Below are positions 1-9,243 of a stretch of 24,000 nucleotides of DNA, in pieces. The notes beneath the pieces are model-generated. The model had not been told where the DNA came from, ran no database searches, and saw only the letters and a program-made list of their open reading frames with translations. The stretch is from Methanosarcinaceae archaeon. GTDB taxonomy: Archaea; Halobacteriota; Methanosarcinia; Methanosarcinales; Methanosarcinaceae. The translations under genes were made by a program, and so were the position numbers. The stretch covers positions 9,453-33,452 of the forward strand of contig JAMJFS010000005.1 of NCBI GenBank assembly GCA_023544565.1. The letters run 5' to 3'. Positions within the stretch are counted from its first letter, which is position 1. The number at the start of each line of letters is the position of its first letter.

Positions 1-561
1 GTTGAACGTATAGAGTATGCAGCAGGCGAAGCTGCTGTAAGGGCAGTACAGGAAAATAATAAGATCTTGCACGATTCTGCGAATGCACTCAGGGTTACGC
101 CAGAACATCTTCCGTTAACAATTGATAGATTTTTTGGAGAATGGAAGGAATTCAAAAAGGAAAATGCACGGTTAAAGGATGAACTGGCACATGCACTTGT
201 GCATAAAATGATGCGAGGCGCAGTTGAGATAAATGGCATTCGTATAGTTACTGAAACAATAACGCATGCAGACAGTGAAGAACTCGTAAAGATCGCATTG
301 GGGCTCGCTGAACAGGATGATGTTGTTGCGCTCCTTGCAAGCAATTTGGAAGGCGTTAAGATAGTGGCAACTGCCGGAAAATCTGCTATTGAACAAGGTG
401 TCGATGTTGGCAAAGTTGTGCGCGAAATGTCGCATATTGTTGGCGGCGGCGGCGGTGGTCGCCCTGATATGGCACAAGGTGGCGGTGTCGATCCTTTGAA
501 GATAGATGATGCATTAATTAGTGGCACAGAACTTGTGAAAGAACAGTGTGCTATTAAATAA
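1..561 (+). CDS. alaS: Alanine--tRNA ligase, C-terminal fragment (5' end lies outside the window)
   Basis: The frame is open from base 1 (VERIEYAAGEAAVRAV...) and runs into the track ORF 67..561. The C-terminal DHHA1-type glycine motif GGGGGGRPDMAQGGG is typical of AlaRS C-termini. TAA stop at 559-561. Confidence 0.8.
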   Translation, partial: VERIEYAAGEAAVRAVQENNKILHDSANALRVTPEHLPLTIDRFFGEWKEFKKENARLKDELAHALVHKMMRGAVEINGIRIVTETITHADSEELVKIALGLAEQDDVVALLASNLEGVKIVATAGKSAIEQGVDVGKVVREMSHIVGGGGGGRPDMAQGGGVDPLKIDDALISGTELVKEQCAIK

Positions 562-577
562 TATTAACAATTATATC

Positions 578-604
578 AATAATAATAATAATAATAATAA
601 TAAT
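578..604. repeat. (AAT)9 trinucleotide microsatellite just downstream of alaS
   Basis: Nine perfect AAT units read directly, followed by CAA-rich low-complexity sequence. Confidence 0.95.
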
Positions 605-662
605 ATTTACAACAACAAAATTGTAACAATTATAACATTAAAGACATTAATTGGGTGTTCAA

Positions 663-2006
663 ATGATACCAATTGAAATTAATAAGTTTTTTTCGGAAGG
701 ATTTAGTAAGACACTTTTATTCAAGGGCAGACCGGGTACCGGTAAGACCACTTTTGTTTTTGAGATACTCATTGAACTATGCCCGGATGGGAATTGCATC
801 TACATCTCACCGCGCATTGACAAATCTTCATCCTATGGCAGATTCCCATGGATCGAGGGTGATTTCAACAGCAACGAAGAATTTTTTGAGATGCTTGATG
901 CGCGTGTCAGAATGGTGCAGGGGGCATTTGATGAAAAACCATTGATCGTAATTGATTCAATTGATGCATTGAGCATTGCGACAACCGATTCTTCCAATTG
1001 GTTGGAAAACAAGTTTAAACTTGAACGCATGTTGATCGATTTTGGTAATAAGACAAATGCTGATATATTGATGGTTACAGAGCAGACCGATCTGACATCA
1101 CTTGATTATCTGGTAGATGGTGTGATATCCCTTGAAATTTCACAGATATCTGAGCGGGATATCAGGAAGGTCCACATACACAAACTGCGTGGAGTGGGAC
1201 TTTCACAGTCAAAATATCTATTTACATTGCAAGATGGCAGGTTCAGCAGTTTCGGACCTTTTGCAGTAGCATATCCCAAAGAGACCGTTGTCTGTGAACC
1301 TATCAAAGATCCAATACGCAGTAAAATATCAACCGGGACAGCGGATTTTGACAATATACTTGGTGGCGGATATCAAAAAGGAAGTTTTAATCTTTTTGAA
1401 ATAACAAGCGGTGTGGGAGATTCATTCTATAGTTTGTTGCTGCCCACATTTATAAATCATCTAAATCTTGGTCGCGGGCTCTTGAGTATGCCATCTGAGG
1501 GTACGAGCGTAGAAACTGAAAAAAGTATGATCGAACCTTTTTGTGGTGAAGATCGTTTCAAGAATAAGTTTGTCGGTTTTGAGATACGTGAGATGAATGG
1601 CAGGATCCCTGCTTATGTCGAACCACTTACAGGCAACATCTCAAAGGATATGGATTCCATTTTATCGGTAAAACGGGAACTTATCATACAATCATCCGGT
1701 GCTCCAATACTTGACTATGTAGGTCTTGACACAATGGAGTACAATTACGGTGTTGAGGATATCGGCAGAACAATAGGCATGTTGGCATCCCGTACAAAGA
1801 TAACTCAAAACGTTGTTCTGGCAGTTGCAAAACATGGTCAGAAGATCACGGAATCTGTAGCACACATGGCAACCACACATTGGAAATTCGAGAATATCGA
1901 TAAAACACTTGTGATGTATGGGATTGTTCCCAAGACCGGATTATATGTTGTTGAGATGGATTTCGAACAAGGGTTCCCACATGTAACATTGTCACCTGTT
2001 AAATGA
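663..2006 (+). CDS. KaiC/RecA-superfamily (GvpD-P-loop-like) ATPase with a degenerate second domain
   Basis: Track ORF 651..2006; ATG at 663 follows GGGTG. The N-terminal domain has Walker A GRPGTGKTT and a Walker-B-like strand LIVIDSID. The second half repeats the KaiC-like layout (TGTADFDNILGGGYQKGSFNLFEITSGVGDSF), but the P-loop is lost (GVGDSF in place of GxGK[ST]). Confidence 0.7.
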   Translation: MIPIEINKFFSEGFSKTLLFKGRPGTGKTTFVFEILIELCPDGNCIYISPRIDKSSSYGRFPWIEGDFNSNEEFFEMLDARVRMVQGAFDEKPLIVIDSIDALSIATTDSSNWLENKFKLERMLIDFGNKTNADILMVTEQTDLTSLDYLVDGVISLEISQISERDIRKVHIHKLRGVGLSQSKYLFTLQDGRFSSFGPFAVAYPKETVVCEPIKDPIRSKISTGTADFDNILGGGYQKGSFNLFEITSGVGDSFYSLLLPTFINHLNLGRGLLSMPSEGTSVETEKSMIEPFCGEDRFKNKFVGFEIREMNGRIPAYVEPLTGNISKDMDSILSVKRELIIQSSGAPILDYVGLDTMEYNYGVEDIGRTIGMLASRTKITQNVVLAVAKHGQKITESVAHMATTHWKFENIDKTLVMYGIVPKTGLYVVEMDFEQGFPHVTLSPVK

Positions 2007-2014
2007 TGAACGGA

Positions 2015-3847
2015 TCAATTATATTCATTAATTGACATTTGTTTGCCTGATGCCTTTGGAATTGTGAAGAAGAAGGATGTACCTTTTCCAAGTTCACTTT
2101 CAACCCAGATCTGACCCCCGTGCTTTTCTATGATGTTCTTGCTTATGGTGAGCCCCACGCCACTTCCACTATACTTTCTTGTTGTTGTGGCATCGACCTG
2201 GAAGAACTTATCAAATATTTTGCTAACATTCTCTTTTGAGATCCCAATCCCCGTATCTTTGACACAGACCTCAACAAATCCATCATTTGTGTACTTTGCA
2301 CTAATCTCAATTCTGTCGCCATTTTTAGTGAACTTGATCGCATTATCCATGAGTTTTGTAAGGACATATGTCATTTGTTGTGGGTCAGCATATAAATACA
2401 GATCCTTTTCAAGTTCAGTCTTTATGTCAATATTGGAAAGGTTTGCTTTAGGCTCCACATCTTTTAGTGATGTATCAAGAACATCTTTAAAATTAACGTT
2501 TTCAAATACAAGTTTGATACTTTTAATTTCGCCCATTGCAGTTTCTATGAGGTCTTGAACCATCCGGTTCTGCCTATCAATAGCATTTATTGCTCTAGAA
2601 AGATACTCGTTCCTTTTATCCAGATCATTTTCATTCATAGCAACTTCAATAAAACCACGCATGATCGTGATCGGAGTACGTAGTTCATGTGAAATGTTCG
2701 AAATGATATTATTCTTCATCTCTTCGATCTTTTTGATCTCTGTAATATCTCTTGCTGAAATAACATATTTTGTGCCATCGCTAAATTCCACATCTGAATG
2801 GCTTACAATTATGTCTTTTATGAGTCCATGTTTTGTTATTGCTTTTGTTTCATATGGTTCACCCATACCATTTTGGACATCTTCCCATTGTTGCAGTATA
2901 AAATCCCGATAGTCGTCAGGAATCAAGATCATGAAATTTTGACCAATAATCTCGTTTTTATCATAACCTGATAATGTCAAAAAAGCATCATTGACAAATT
3001 CAAATCGACCTTCTACATCAACTACAAAAATCATATCGTGACTTCCTTCAATGATCGCATCAAGATAATTTTTTGTATCCATAACATTTGCGGCTGCTTG
3101 CTCATGTTTATACATCAATGTTTGGATCTCAATTGCCATATCATTGAAAGTATGTGCAAGATTACCGATCTCATCTTCATTTTTCACATCAATTTTATGG
3201 TCAAAATTTCCCTTCCCAAACTCTTTGGCACCATCTTCCAGTAGTACGATAGGTTTTGTGATGATATTTCCTGCAGTAAATGCTATAAATGCCCCGATGA
3301 TCAATGAGATTGCAGTAAATATTGTGAAAACTAATGTTGACCTTTTGATCGTGTCTCTTATGCCTGTTTGGGAGATCCCGACATGTACTTCCCCAAGTTT
3401 GCCGTCAAGGACAGGATTTGCAATATCACTGATATATTCTCCACCAATGTCCAACAGTTTAATTTTTTGTTCACCATTTGCAGGGTTTACGTTTTTCATA
3501 GCAATAGGGAAACCATCTTTAAATGTGTGGACTATTACATTCCCATTACTATCCAGGATAAATGCATATGAAACATCAGATTCAGTTTTTTTTGTTATCT
3601 CAACGAGATTTTGTAATTTGATGATATCATCATAAAGAATTGGATTCACGCTATTTTCAACAAGGGTGTTTGAAATCGTCATTCCTTTTTCTTGCAGTTG
3701 CTGCGTCAGTTCATTTATTTGAACTGTGTGAAGATAAGTCCCCATTGCAAGACTAAGGATAAAAACAATGCTGACCACAGCTACGATTAACTTTGTCCTT
3801 ATGTTTAAGTTCGAAACAGTTCGTAAAAAACTATTGTTTTCACTCAT
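2015..3847 (-). CDS. Membrane sensor histidine kinase (2 TM + extracytoplasmic sensor domain, HAMP, PAS, HisKA, HATPase_c)
   Basis: H-box SHELRTPIT, N-box LMDNAIKFT, G1 VKDTGIGI, G2 GSGVGLTIS. Two hydrophobic helices flank a ~150 aa loop. The preferred start is ATG 3847 (MSENNSF), which gives an ATGAGTGA overlap with the stop of the upstream binding-protein gene. Confidence 0.9.
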   Translation of the reverse strand: MSENNSFLRTVSNLNIRTKLIVAVVSIVFILSLAMGTYLHTVQINELTQQLQEKGMTISNTLVENSVNPILYDDIIKLQNLVEITKKTESDVSYAFILDSNGNVIVHTFKDGFPIAMKNVNPANGEQKIKLLDIGGEYISDIANPVLDGKLGEVHVGISQTGIRDTIKRSTLVFTIFTAISLIIGAFIAFTAGNIITKPIVLLEDGAKEFGKGNFDHKIDVKNEDEIGNLAHTFNDMAIEIQTLMYKHEQAAANVMDTKNYLDAIIEGSHDMIFVVDVEGRFEFVNDAFLTLSGYDKNEIIGQNFMILIPDDYRDFILQQWEDVQNGMGEPYETKAITKHGLIKDIIVSHSDVEFSDGTKYVISARDITEIKKIEEMKNNIISNISHELRTPITIMRGFIEVAMNENDLDKRNEYLSRAINAIDRQNRMVQDLIETAMGEIKSIKLVFENVNFKDVLDTSLKDVEPKANLSNIDIKTELEKDLYLYADPQQMTYVLTKLMDNAIKFTKNGDRIEISAKYTNDGFVEVCVKDTGIGISKENVSKIFDKFFQVDATTTRKYSGSGVGLTISKNIIEKHGGQIWVESELGKGTSFFFTIPKASGKQMSINEYN

Positions 3848-4781
3848 CTTCTGCACCTTGTGCCTCAGCAAATACACTCATTTCACCTACGGAATCATAG
3901 GCACTGTTATTGATAATAGTGAATTTATCAATATTTATATGTTTTAGAATATCTGCTCCCTCTGGATCTTCATGCATTGTAAGTAAAATATTCTGAAGTT
4001 CGATCTTAAAATCAGGATTTGTGTCAGGATGGACAACGATTGGTGGTATTCCATACGGCTGCGATTTTGAGATTATCTTTGTTTTGTTGGTATATACGGG
4101 GTTTCTAGCAGAATTATAATCCCATATTAGACTATCAACTGCTGCACCATCAACGAGTCCTTTGGATACGGCTTCAATAGATTTATCATGGCTGTATGTG
4201 AAAATATATCCTGAAAAGAATGAATCCGGTGTTTCATTAATGAGTGCAAGCATACATGTTGGTGATAATTTTCCTGTGTTGGACATTTCATCGGTAAATG
4301 CGAATTTTTTACCACGAAGATCTTCGAAGCGGGTGGCATCACTGTCGATAGGAACAATGATATAAGAGTAATAAACAGGTTCGCCTTTAACCACGGGCGC
4401 CACTAAAAGTTCCATACCAAACCTGTCCCGCCCATCGATGTATGCTCCACTGCACACAAACGCAGCATCAAGATATTGAGATTCAACAAGGTCGTTTGTT
4501 TCTGCATATGTTTCTCTTTGCACCAATTCAATCGGGTGATTGATTTTTTTAGATATATATGCCAGTAGATCTTCATAATACACAATTGTTTCTGTTGGCG
4601 AGATCATTGCCGAAACAGCGATTTTGAGTGACGATACATTTGATTGTGTTTTGAGTGTTGTGTCTATTTCATCCATATCGATGGTTATAGCTTCATCATC
4701 ACTGAGGCATCCACTTAAAAAGATTATCGGCATACATACTATCAAGATCAACATTGCATAATGTGCTTTATTTATTGTCAT
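3840..4781 (-). CDS. PhnD/SsuA-like periplasmic-type substrate-binding lipoprotein, no ABC permease or ATPase adjacent
   Basis: Signal peptide with lipobox-like LSGC. The body (LKIAVSAMISPTET...YAETNDLVESQYLDAAFVCSGAY) matches the remembered pattern of phosphonate/PhnD-type binding proteins. It overlaps the kinase start by 8 nt. Confidence 0.75.
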   Translation of the reverse strand: MTINKAHYAMLILIVCMPIIFLSGCLSDDEAITIDMDEIDTTLKTQSNVSSLKIAVSAMISPTETIVYYEDLLAYISKKINHPIELVQRETYAETNDLVESQYLDAAFVCSGAYIDGRDRFGMELLVAPVVKGEPVYYSYIIVPIDSDATRFEDLRGKKFAFTDEMSNTGKLSPTCMLALINETPDSFFSGYIFTYSHDKSIEAVSKGLVDGAAVDSLIWDYNSARNPVYTNKTKIISKSQPYGIPPIVVHPDTNPDFKIELQNILLTMHEDPEGADILKHINIDKFTIINNSAYDSVGEMSVFAEAQGAEDE

Positions 4782-4975
4782 GATGTCACCGTAAATTCAC
4801 ACAAATTGATATACAAATAAGTAGTACTTATATAGGAACATGAGCATTTAATATTTATATATTTGTATATTTAATTTAATCATGTGTTTTTTGTATCCCA
4901 AAGATTAATATCAAAACAAAACAAATGTTTATTCGTTATGTTCTAATAATTTGGTGTAGGCATAAAAGGGGTTTC

Positions 4976-6040
4976 ATGTCGGATGATCAGACTAAAAAAA
5001 TACTAGCTACACTTCGTGATGAGTTGGTATCAAAAAACACATTGTTTTTTGCACCTGTTGATAGTTTCATCGAGCGTATTATTTATTACCACATATTTGA
5101 TCTTCTAAGCAATAACCCCGAGCGCACAGTTGTGTGGTTGTGTTTAAAAGATTCAAGGAAAGAGGTACTTGATAAGTTTGATGAATTTGGTTTTGACATT
5201 CATGATTTCATGGAAAATATCTGGTTCATAGACATTGAGAGTACAAGCAAGGAATTGAAAGATAATACGTATTATTGTAATTCCCATACCGATTATACAA
5301 AAATGGCATTGTATGCAGTGAAATTATCATCCGAACACAATAATCTTGTATTTGTGATCGATGACATGACCATTCTTGCAAGTGATACATTCCAGGTCAT
5401 AGAGAATTTCATAAAATTTGTCCAAAAATCAGTTAAAGAGAATGGTGGCAGTGTTATCTCAATGCTTGGTAAGGGTATTTTGCAGCCAGACACCGAAGCT
5501 TTGATGAAATCATTTTTTGACATAATTGTTGATGTCCAGCATGGTGGTGAGATGCATGCGAATATTGGTTTGGAAAGTCTGGATGTGCGGTATAATATCG
5601 AAGGGGGTATGATCACTTTTGAATATATTCAGAAAAGGGTTAAAAGGGATCGGTTAAAGATATTGATCGTGGATGATGAACCGGATATACCTGAGCTTGT
5701 GGAGTTATTGCTAGCAGATGAACCTTTTGATTTCATATCGGCAAGCGGTGGTTATGAGGCTATCGACATGGCAATATCCGAACTTCCTGATATGATCCTT
5801 CTTGATATTATGATGCCGGATATGGATGGGTATGAAGTAGTGCAAAAACTAAAAGAGAGCAAGGTTGCATGTGATATACCGATCATTATGGTGTCTGCGA
5901 AATCAGAAGTTAGTGATAAGATCAAGGGAATGGAACTTGGAATTGATGATTATGTTTCTAAACCATTTGACATGCGTGAACTCAATGCACGAATAAAGAT
6001 GGTTATGAAAAGGTTAGGATGGAGCGCAGATACAAAGTAA
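4976..6040 (+). CDS. Hybrid protein: P-loop-less RecA/KaiC/FlaH-like N-terminal domain fused to a receiver (REC) domain
   Basis: The C-terminal ~120 aa form a canonical receiver (VDDEPD, LLDIMMPDMDG, VSAK, SKPF). The N-terminal ~230 aa show an alternating strand/helix pattern with a Walker-B-like LVFVIDDMT but no GxxxxGK[ST]. The start is moved to ATG 4976, preceded by AAGGGG (track start 4925). Confidence 0.7.
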   Translation: MSDDQTKKILATLRDELVSKNTLFFAPVDSFIERIIYYHIFDLLSNNPERTVVWLCLKDSRKEVLDKFDEFGFDIHDFMENIWFIDIESTSKELKDNTYYCNSHTDYTKMALYAVKLSSEHNNLVFVIDDMTILASDTFQVIENFIKFVQKSVKENGGSVISMLGKGILQPDTEALMKSFFDIIVDVQHGGEMHANIGLESLDVRYNIEGGMITFEYIQKRVKRDRLKILIVDDEPDIPELVELLLADEPFDFISASGGYEAIDMAISELPDMILLDIMMPDMDGYEVVQKLKESKVACDIPIIMVSAKSEVSDKIKGMELGIDDYVSKPFDMRELNARIKMVMKRLGWSADTK

Positions 6041-6095
6041 AGATATATATGTTAGATAGATTACATTTATAATGGTTTTATAATGGTGGTTAAAA

Positions 6096-6470
6096 ATGAG
6101 TCAAGTAGTAATGGTTGTAGATGATGAACCAGATACAATAGACCTTGTAAGACTGGTTCTTGAATCTGAAGGGATTGATGTTGTTGGTGCTAACAGTGGC
6201 AATGAATGTCTTAAAATGATCGATAACAGCAGACCAGATGCAATTTTATTGGACATCATGATGCCTGAAATGGATGGATGGGAAACATTCCATAAGATCA
6301 AAGAAAAAGATGCAACCATTCCAGTATCAATGCTTACTGTAAAAAGTCAGGAATTTGACAAGATGCTTGGTTTACATGTATTAAAAGCAGATGACTACAT
6401 TACGAAACCGTTTGGCAGAAAAGAGTTGGTAGAACGCACAAAAGCATTGCTCGGCTTAAAACAGCCCTGA
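6096..6470 (+). CDS. Single-domain CheY-like response regulator
   Basis: VVDDEPD, LLDIMMPEMDG, TVK and TKPF receiver signature in a 124 aa protein. GGTGG lies upstream of the ATG. Confidence 0.9.
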   Translation: MSQVVMVVDDEPDTIDLVRLVLESEGIDVVGANSGNECLKMIDNSRPDAILLDIMMPEMDGWETFHKIKEKDATIPVSMLTVKSQEFDKMLGLHVLKADDYITKPFGRKELVERTKALLGLKQP

Positions 6471-6484
6471 TCGATCTTCGTATA

Positions 6485-7537
6485 TCAGATCACTTCGCAC
6501 AATATTGCTTTTTCATCTTTTACAAAAAGATGTATGGTATTTTCACCACTTAATCCATTTTCGATCTCATTTCGTATAGTCCAGTAGTCAGCAGGGCCAA
6601 CACCGGCCCTTAATACAACTGTGCCCACATCATGTCTTTTTAAAATGGAATTTATTGCCTTAGGTTCAAAATCAGTAACCTGAAATACAGAATAATTATG
6701 TTTTATCATCCCGTTTTTGAATTGTGTATTGGATGTGAGGAGAAGTCTTTTTTTATCGATCTTAAAAAGTTCAACATCTACATTGGCAATGTCTTTTTTA
6801 ATTGATCCTGCAAGTTGAGGCAACATCTCTGCTTTGACCACGGACGGTTGTGGTTCGTATGCGTACTTCTTGATGTTCTGTGTTTCTTTAATATCATAAG
6901 TTGTATCTGTTGAACCTATATATGTGCCATCCGGAAGTGATACTGCTGATCGCTCGCATTGTTTCAGGTTCCCAAAATACAATGTCAGGCGATTAAGTTG
7001 TCCATCAAGAGAAAGGTATTCGCGTTCACAATCAAACGGGATTCGATCAGGCGGCATCTGTGGTGGCGCTTCAAACACGAAGTTGTCGGTCTTATCAGAA
7101 TATGCGGACATCACATTTGGAATTCCGGGTTCAAGACTCATTACTTTGCGCATATCTTCTTCAGCAGGTCTGGCAGGATCTGAGAATATCACATCAACTT
7201 TTGGGATCTGCTCCATCACATCCGGAGATAATGCATCACCACATATGAATACCACATTATCGATATCATGAAGTTCGCAGTTTTTCCTTGCGTACTCGAT
7301 CTTTTTTGGATCGATCTCTACAGCATATACAAGATCACATTCTTTTGCAAAGAATATCGTTTGTCCACCTATGCCGCAACTGATGTCGGCGAGTGTTTTG
7401 CACTTCAGGCGTTTTGCCCGATATTCCGCAACGACCTTTGGTGTTGCGAACCGGATCCCATCTTTATCGGAATAAAGGGGTTTTTCAAAATTCTTTTTTC
7501 GTGGCACATTGATCAGTATGTACACAGGTTCAAACAA
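6485..7537 (-). CDS. Class I SAM-dependent methyltransferase (RNA guanine-N2-MTase-like core with a C-terminal THUMP-like extension)
   Basis: Motif I LADISCGIGGQT, acidic loop VYAVEID, motif IV VIFSDPARP. TTG is the only start candidate after the upstream in-frame TGA. The substrate is not determinable from the sequence. Confidence 0.7.
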   Translation of the reverse strand: MFEPVYILINVPRKKNFEKPLYSDKDGIRFATPKVVAEYRAKRLKCKTLADISCGIGGQTIFFAKECDLVYAVEIDPKKIEYARKNCELHDIDNVVFICGDALSPDVMEQIPKVDVIFSDPARPAEEDMRKVMSLEPGIPNVMSAYSDKTDNFVFEAPPQMPPDRIPFDCEREYLSLDGQLNRLTLYFGNLKQCERSAVSLPDGTYIGSTDTTYDIKETQNIKKYAYEPQPSVVKAEMLPQLAGSIKKDIANVDVELFKIDKKRLLLTSNTQFKNGMIKHNYSVFQVTDFEPKAINSILKRHDVGTVVLRAGVGPADYWTIRNEIENGLSGENTIHLFVKDEKAILCEVI

Positions 7538-7841
7538 TTTAAAATCATCTTTTGGAATGTGAGTTTGAAATCACAATCTTTTTAAGCAACATTATCATCA
7601 GTTTCATACATATTCATTTAATAGAATCTGCAAAAATGTATTGTGCTTGAATAGGTTACTCTCGTTTACATTTATGCAAAGTAGATAAATGATGGAAAAG
7701 TAATCTGACATCATATATTATTATGACCGAATCACCGTTAGATTAAAATTATGGATTCATTAAATGAAAACAGTAAAATATGATTGTAATGCTTAATATT
7801 ACATTCAATTTAATATATTCAAATCAGAGAGGTATAATAAA

Positions 7842-8792
7842 ATGAGAAAACTGATGTTAATTTCGTTGATAGCACTTATTGTTGCTATGTTGGCGATTCC
7901 GGCATCTGCGGAAGAGGGTTTTTCAGTAACCAGTTTAGATGCGAAAGATGTGGACTGTAGATCTTCATGTCACACCCCAAACCCTCACACAATACATGCT
8001 GGAAAACCAGTGTCATGTGTGAATTGTCATGGTGAAACCCTTTCAATTGCGATTCCGCAATGTGAAAATTGCCATAGTGGACCAATACACGATGTTCACA
8101 AAGGCAAGGTAGCGACAGAAGATTGTTCATATTGTCACCAGAGTCTTGAGGGTGTACACAATACTATAGCGGCTGAAAGCGTATGTGCACATTGCCACAA
8201 GGACTTGATCGTAGTTCATGGTGGCGAAACTGAAAGTTGTACAAAATGTCACAGCACGGCTCCGAATATTGTAAAACCTGTTAAGACTGCAAATATGGAC
8301 ATTATATGTCAGGCATGTCACGTGAGTGATAATGTGGCATCTGTTCACGGAAATGAATCTAACAAGCAGGCATGTTATAACTGTCACCGACCTGGAGAAG
8401 GCGAAGTAAGTGCAACGCAGATCCCACACAATATTCACATTCCGGATGTAACATGTGTGGCATGTCACATGGATGAAGAAATTATCATTGTTCCTGAATG
8501 TACAAGATGTCATGATGTCGATGACCTTCACGCATTTGGTACTGTTGGCATAAAATCTAAAGATGAGATGCAATGCAGCGCATGTCACCCGGATTCATAC
8601 TTCGGTGGTTCTAAACCGGCAGAAGTTGTAGATAAAACTCCTGAAAACAAAGTAACAACATCTGATAAACCAACATCTGATGAACCAACACCAATTGAGT
8701 CAGGGAATGAAGAACCAATCCTACCAGGTTTCGGAATTATTTCTGCAATCGGTGCAATTGCTGCTCTTTATTTTGTAAGTAAAAGAAAGTAA
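7842..8792 (+). CDS. Secreted multihaem c-type cytochrome (10 CxxCH + 1 CxxxCH) with Thr/Ser/Pro linker and PGF-CTERM archaeal surface anchor
   Basis: Signal peptide MRKLMLISLIALIVAMLAIPASA. Haem motifs: CRSSCH, CVNCH, CENCH, CSYCH, CAHCH, CTKCH, CQACH, CYNCH, CVACH, CTRCH, CSACH. The C-terminus PGFGIISAIGAIAALYFVSKRK is preceded by KTPENKVTTSDKPTSDEPTPIESGNEEP. Confidence 0.9.
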   Translation: MRKLMLISLIALIVAMLAIPASAEEGFSVTSLDAKDVDCRSSCHTPNPHTIHAGKPVSCVNCHGETLSIAIPQCENCHSGPIHDVHKGKVATEDCSYCHQSLEGVHNTIAAESVCAHCHKDLIVVHGGETESCTKCHSTAPNIVKPVKTANMDIICQACHVSDNVASVHGNESNKQACYNCHRPGEGEVSATQIPHNIHIPDVTCVACHMDEEIIIVPECTRCHDVDDLHAFGTVGIKSKDEMQCSACHPDSYFGGSKPAEVVDKTPENKVTTSDKPTSDEPTPIESGNEEPILPGFGIISAIGAIAALYFVSKRK

Positions 8793-8807
8793 ATTTTACT
8801 TTCTTTT
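8781..8807 (+). terminator. Candidate terminator: perfect A/T-rich palindrome plus T-tracts overlapping the cytochrome stop codon
   Basis: AAAAGAAAGTAAA (8781-8793) is the exact reverse complement of TTTACTTTCTTTT (8795-8807) and is followed by ATTTTAG. The stem is weak because it is almost all A:T. Confidence 0.4.
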
Positions 8808-8976
8808 ATTTTAGTGACACTGTTCCAAAAATCAGTTATTTTGTTGACACCAACTTTAGGTAAAATCAGCGTAAATCTGTGTCTGAAATATAAGTAGATA
8901 CTGATTTATACAGATTTGTAGTTGTACCTGAATCTGATATATTCACGATATAACTGGATTTTGGTACTGTTTCGTG

Positions 8977-9009
8977 CGAGTTAATCCGAGCATAGCGAGG
9001 ATTTTCTCG
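8977..9009 (-). repeat. Family-A intergenic hairpin element, copy 1 (hairpin part only)
   Basis: Reverse strand reads CGAGAAAATCC-tcgctatgctc-GGATTAACTCG. The architecture matches copies at 12227, 15885 and 22479, and an oligo-T tract follows on the + strand (ctattttta). Confidence 0.6.
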
Positions 9010-9243
9010 TCTATTTTTATAATATGTTTTTGCTTAATTGATTCCTGTTTTTGAAATATTAGTTTAATATTTTTATTCGTAATATTTTACAATTTGATTA
9101 ACAGTGGTCAAAATTTAAAGTTTGCAAATGTCCAGGGATAATTTATATCTAAAACAAGTTCATGGCATACTTTTTTTGAATATTTATATATAATAGTATG
9201 CATATACTTATAAATGTTCATTTATATAATCATAAAGTGAAAC

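Noticed and set aside
7781-7806. Small inverted repeat TGTAAT-gcttaat-ATTACA upstream of the first cytochrome gene, considered as a possible operator.
   Set aside because: A 6-bp arm in DNA this AT-rich is expected by chance, so it is not reported as a feature.
8793-9243. Possible CRISPR array or small gene in the long spacer upstream of arlCDE. The same question applies to 19078-19635.
   Set aside because: The repeats are irregularly spaced, imperfect and in mixed orientation. There is no repeat-spacer periodicity, and no ORF of meaningful length even if TAG is read as sense.
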